From NCBI GenBank assembly GCA_918244965.1, contig CAKJYC010000021.1, positions 14,619-78,618 on the forward strand: 64,000 nucleotides of DNA. Reading direction: 5' to 3'. Source of the DNA: Clostridiales bacterium. GTDB lineage: Bacteria > Bacillota > Clostridia > Christensenellales > CAG-138. This document shows, piece by piece, positions 63,567 through 64,000 of the stretch. The first letter of the stretch is position 1, and the number at the start of each line of letters is the position of its first letter. Below the pieces are notes generated by a model. The model was not told the origin of the DNA. It did no database searches and saw only the letters and a program-made list of their open reading frames with translations. A program made the position numbers and the translations under genes.

Positions 63567-63835
63567 GGCTTTTCAATGTCCCGGCATCGGGTCGATTATT
63601 GTCCCGTCGATCGCCAGTATCATTGTACACGGTCAAGGTTGCCTTCCGTGTAATCGTACCGCATGCGCTCCGGCACCTGCGGCGGCGTATAGCCCTCCTC
63701 CGGCACAAGCGCCGCGCTGACATACTGGATCATCAGGTCTTTGATACGGTATCTCAAGCATACCGTATTTCGCGCACCGTGGGCCTCTCCGAATGTAATG
63801 AAAATGTAGTTTCAGTGAAAACAAAACGCGCATAA

Positions 63836-63869
63836 CAAAAAAGACCCCCGTGCATGCATTGCACAGGGG
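63836..63869 (-). terminator. intrinsic terminator after the right-edge gene
   Basis: Minus strand reads CCCCTGTGCA-ATGCA-TGCACGGGGG plus TCTTTTTT. Confidence 0.8.
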
Positions 63870-63886
63870 CCGTTTGGGATTCGGTT

Positions 63887-64000
63887 TTACGCTTGGACGA
63901 TCGCCGTAATGAGATCGAGCGTTGCTTTGAGCGCGTCTGTATGCGTACGCTCATAGCCGTGCGTTTCTCGTACGCCGGGGCCGATCAGCGCGTGGCGCAC
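63887..64000 (-). CDS. C-terminal 37 codons of a gene running off the right edge (possibly an M20-type metallopeptidase)
   Basis: Open frame ...VRHALIGPGVRETHGYERTHTDALKATLDLITAIVQA* with GC-rich third positions. The G.G....H...E pattern is reminiscent of M20 C-termini. Too short to be sure. Confidence 0.35.
   Translation of the reverse strand: MRHALIGPGVRETHGYERTHTDALKATLDLITAIVQA

Noticed and set aside
1-64000. Screened for mobile elements, prophage genes, CRISPR arrays, restriction-modification or other defence systems, toxin-antitoxin pairs and rRNA genes
   Set aside because: No transposase, integrase or recombinase motifs were seen. There are no direct-repeat/spacer arrays, no inverted terminal repeats flanking islets, no methyltransferase-nuclease pairs and no rRNA-like sequence. 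The accessory content is limited to secreted or surface proteins and the GNAT islet.

Overview
A GC-rich chromosomal segment that looks like a spore-forming Clostridia genome, possibly Oscillospiraceae or Ruminococcaceae. That placement is inferred from yabP-yabQ-divIC, ylbJ, HemZ, the ECF module and the dockerins, and cannot be verified here. About 65 genes are tightly packed and most are core housekeeping. They include birA and ecfA1-ecfA2-ecfT-truA-tadA. A lone tRNA-Ser(CGA) follows tadA. hflX-nnr-recX is followed by the rlmA ... ppx-divIC-yabQ-yabP block. Next come rho-rpmE and ansA. Also present are an AlaRS-like gene, psuG, malQ, yajC and iscR-nifS-nifU. A T-box controls hisS-aspS-trxA. 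The long minus-strand array runs pta-ackA-recJ-relA-dtd-MBL-hemZ. The right end holds tmcAL, gap, fba and ylbJ.

Secreted or surface accessory genes sit between these blocks. One is a two-gene operon encoding a CotH protein with four lamin-tail-like repeats and a dockerin-bearing metalloprotease. There is also a dockerin-NlpC/P60 hydrolase, a protein with a cohesin-like module plus a dockerin, a clostripain-like C11 protease, and a small islet of three GNAT genes plus a P-loop gene.

I found no transposase, integrase, phage gene, CRISPR array, rRNA or recognisable defence system. I cannot point to a clear-cut novel multi-gene system.

The observations most worth follow-up:
1. An exact JAMM/MPN+ metalloprotease motif sits in an N-terminal extension fused to the ribosome-splitting GTPase HflX.
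2. A truncated (598 aa) AlaRS lacks the C-Ala domain and overlaps a DUF695/RraB-like gene by 8 nt.
3. Four genes (hflX, a PG-binding protein, divIC, ansA) have a good -10 box ending 6-7 nt before the ATG and no Shine-Dalgarno. This suggests leaderless mRNAs.
4. The T-box in front of hisS appears, by two independent features, to read tRNA-Asp.
5. Rho carries an N/Q-rich N-terminal insertion.
6. Three dispersed dockerin or cohesin genes are attached to non-cellulolytic functions.

Many long antisense ORFs in the six-frame track are GC-driven shadow ORFs and were rejected. Coordinates of small motifs were counted by hand and may be off by 1-2 nt. CDS ends include the stop codon, as in the ORF track.
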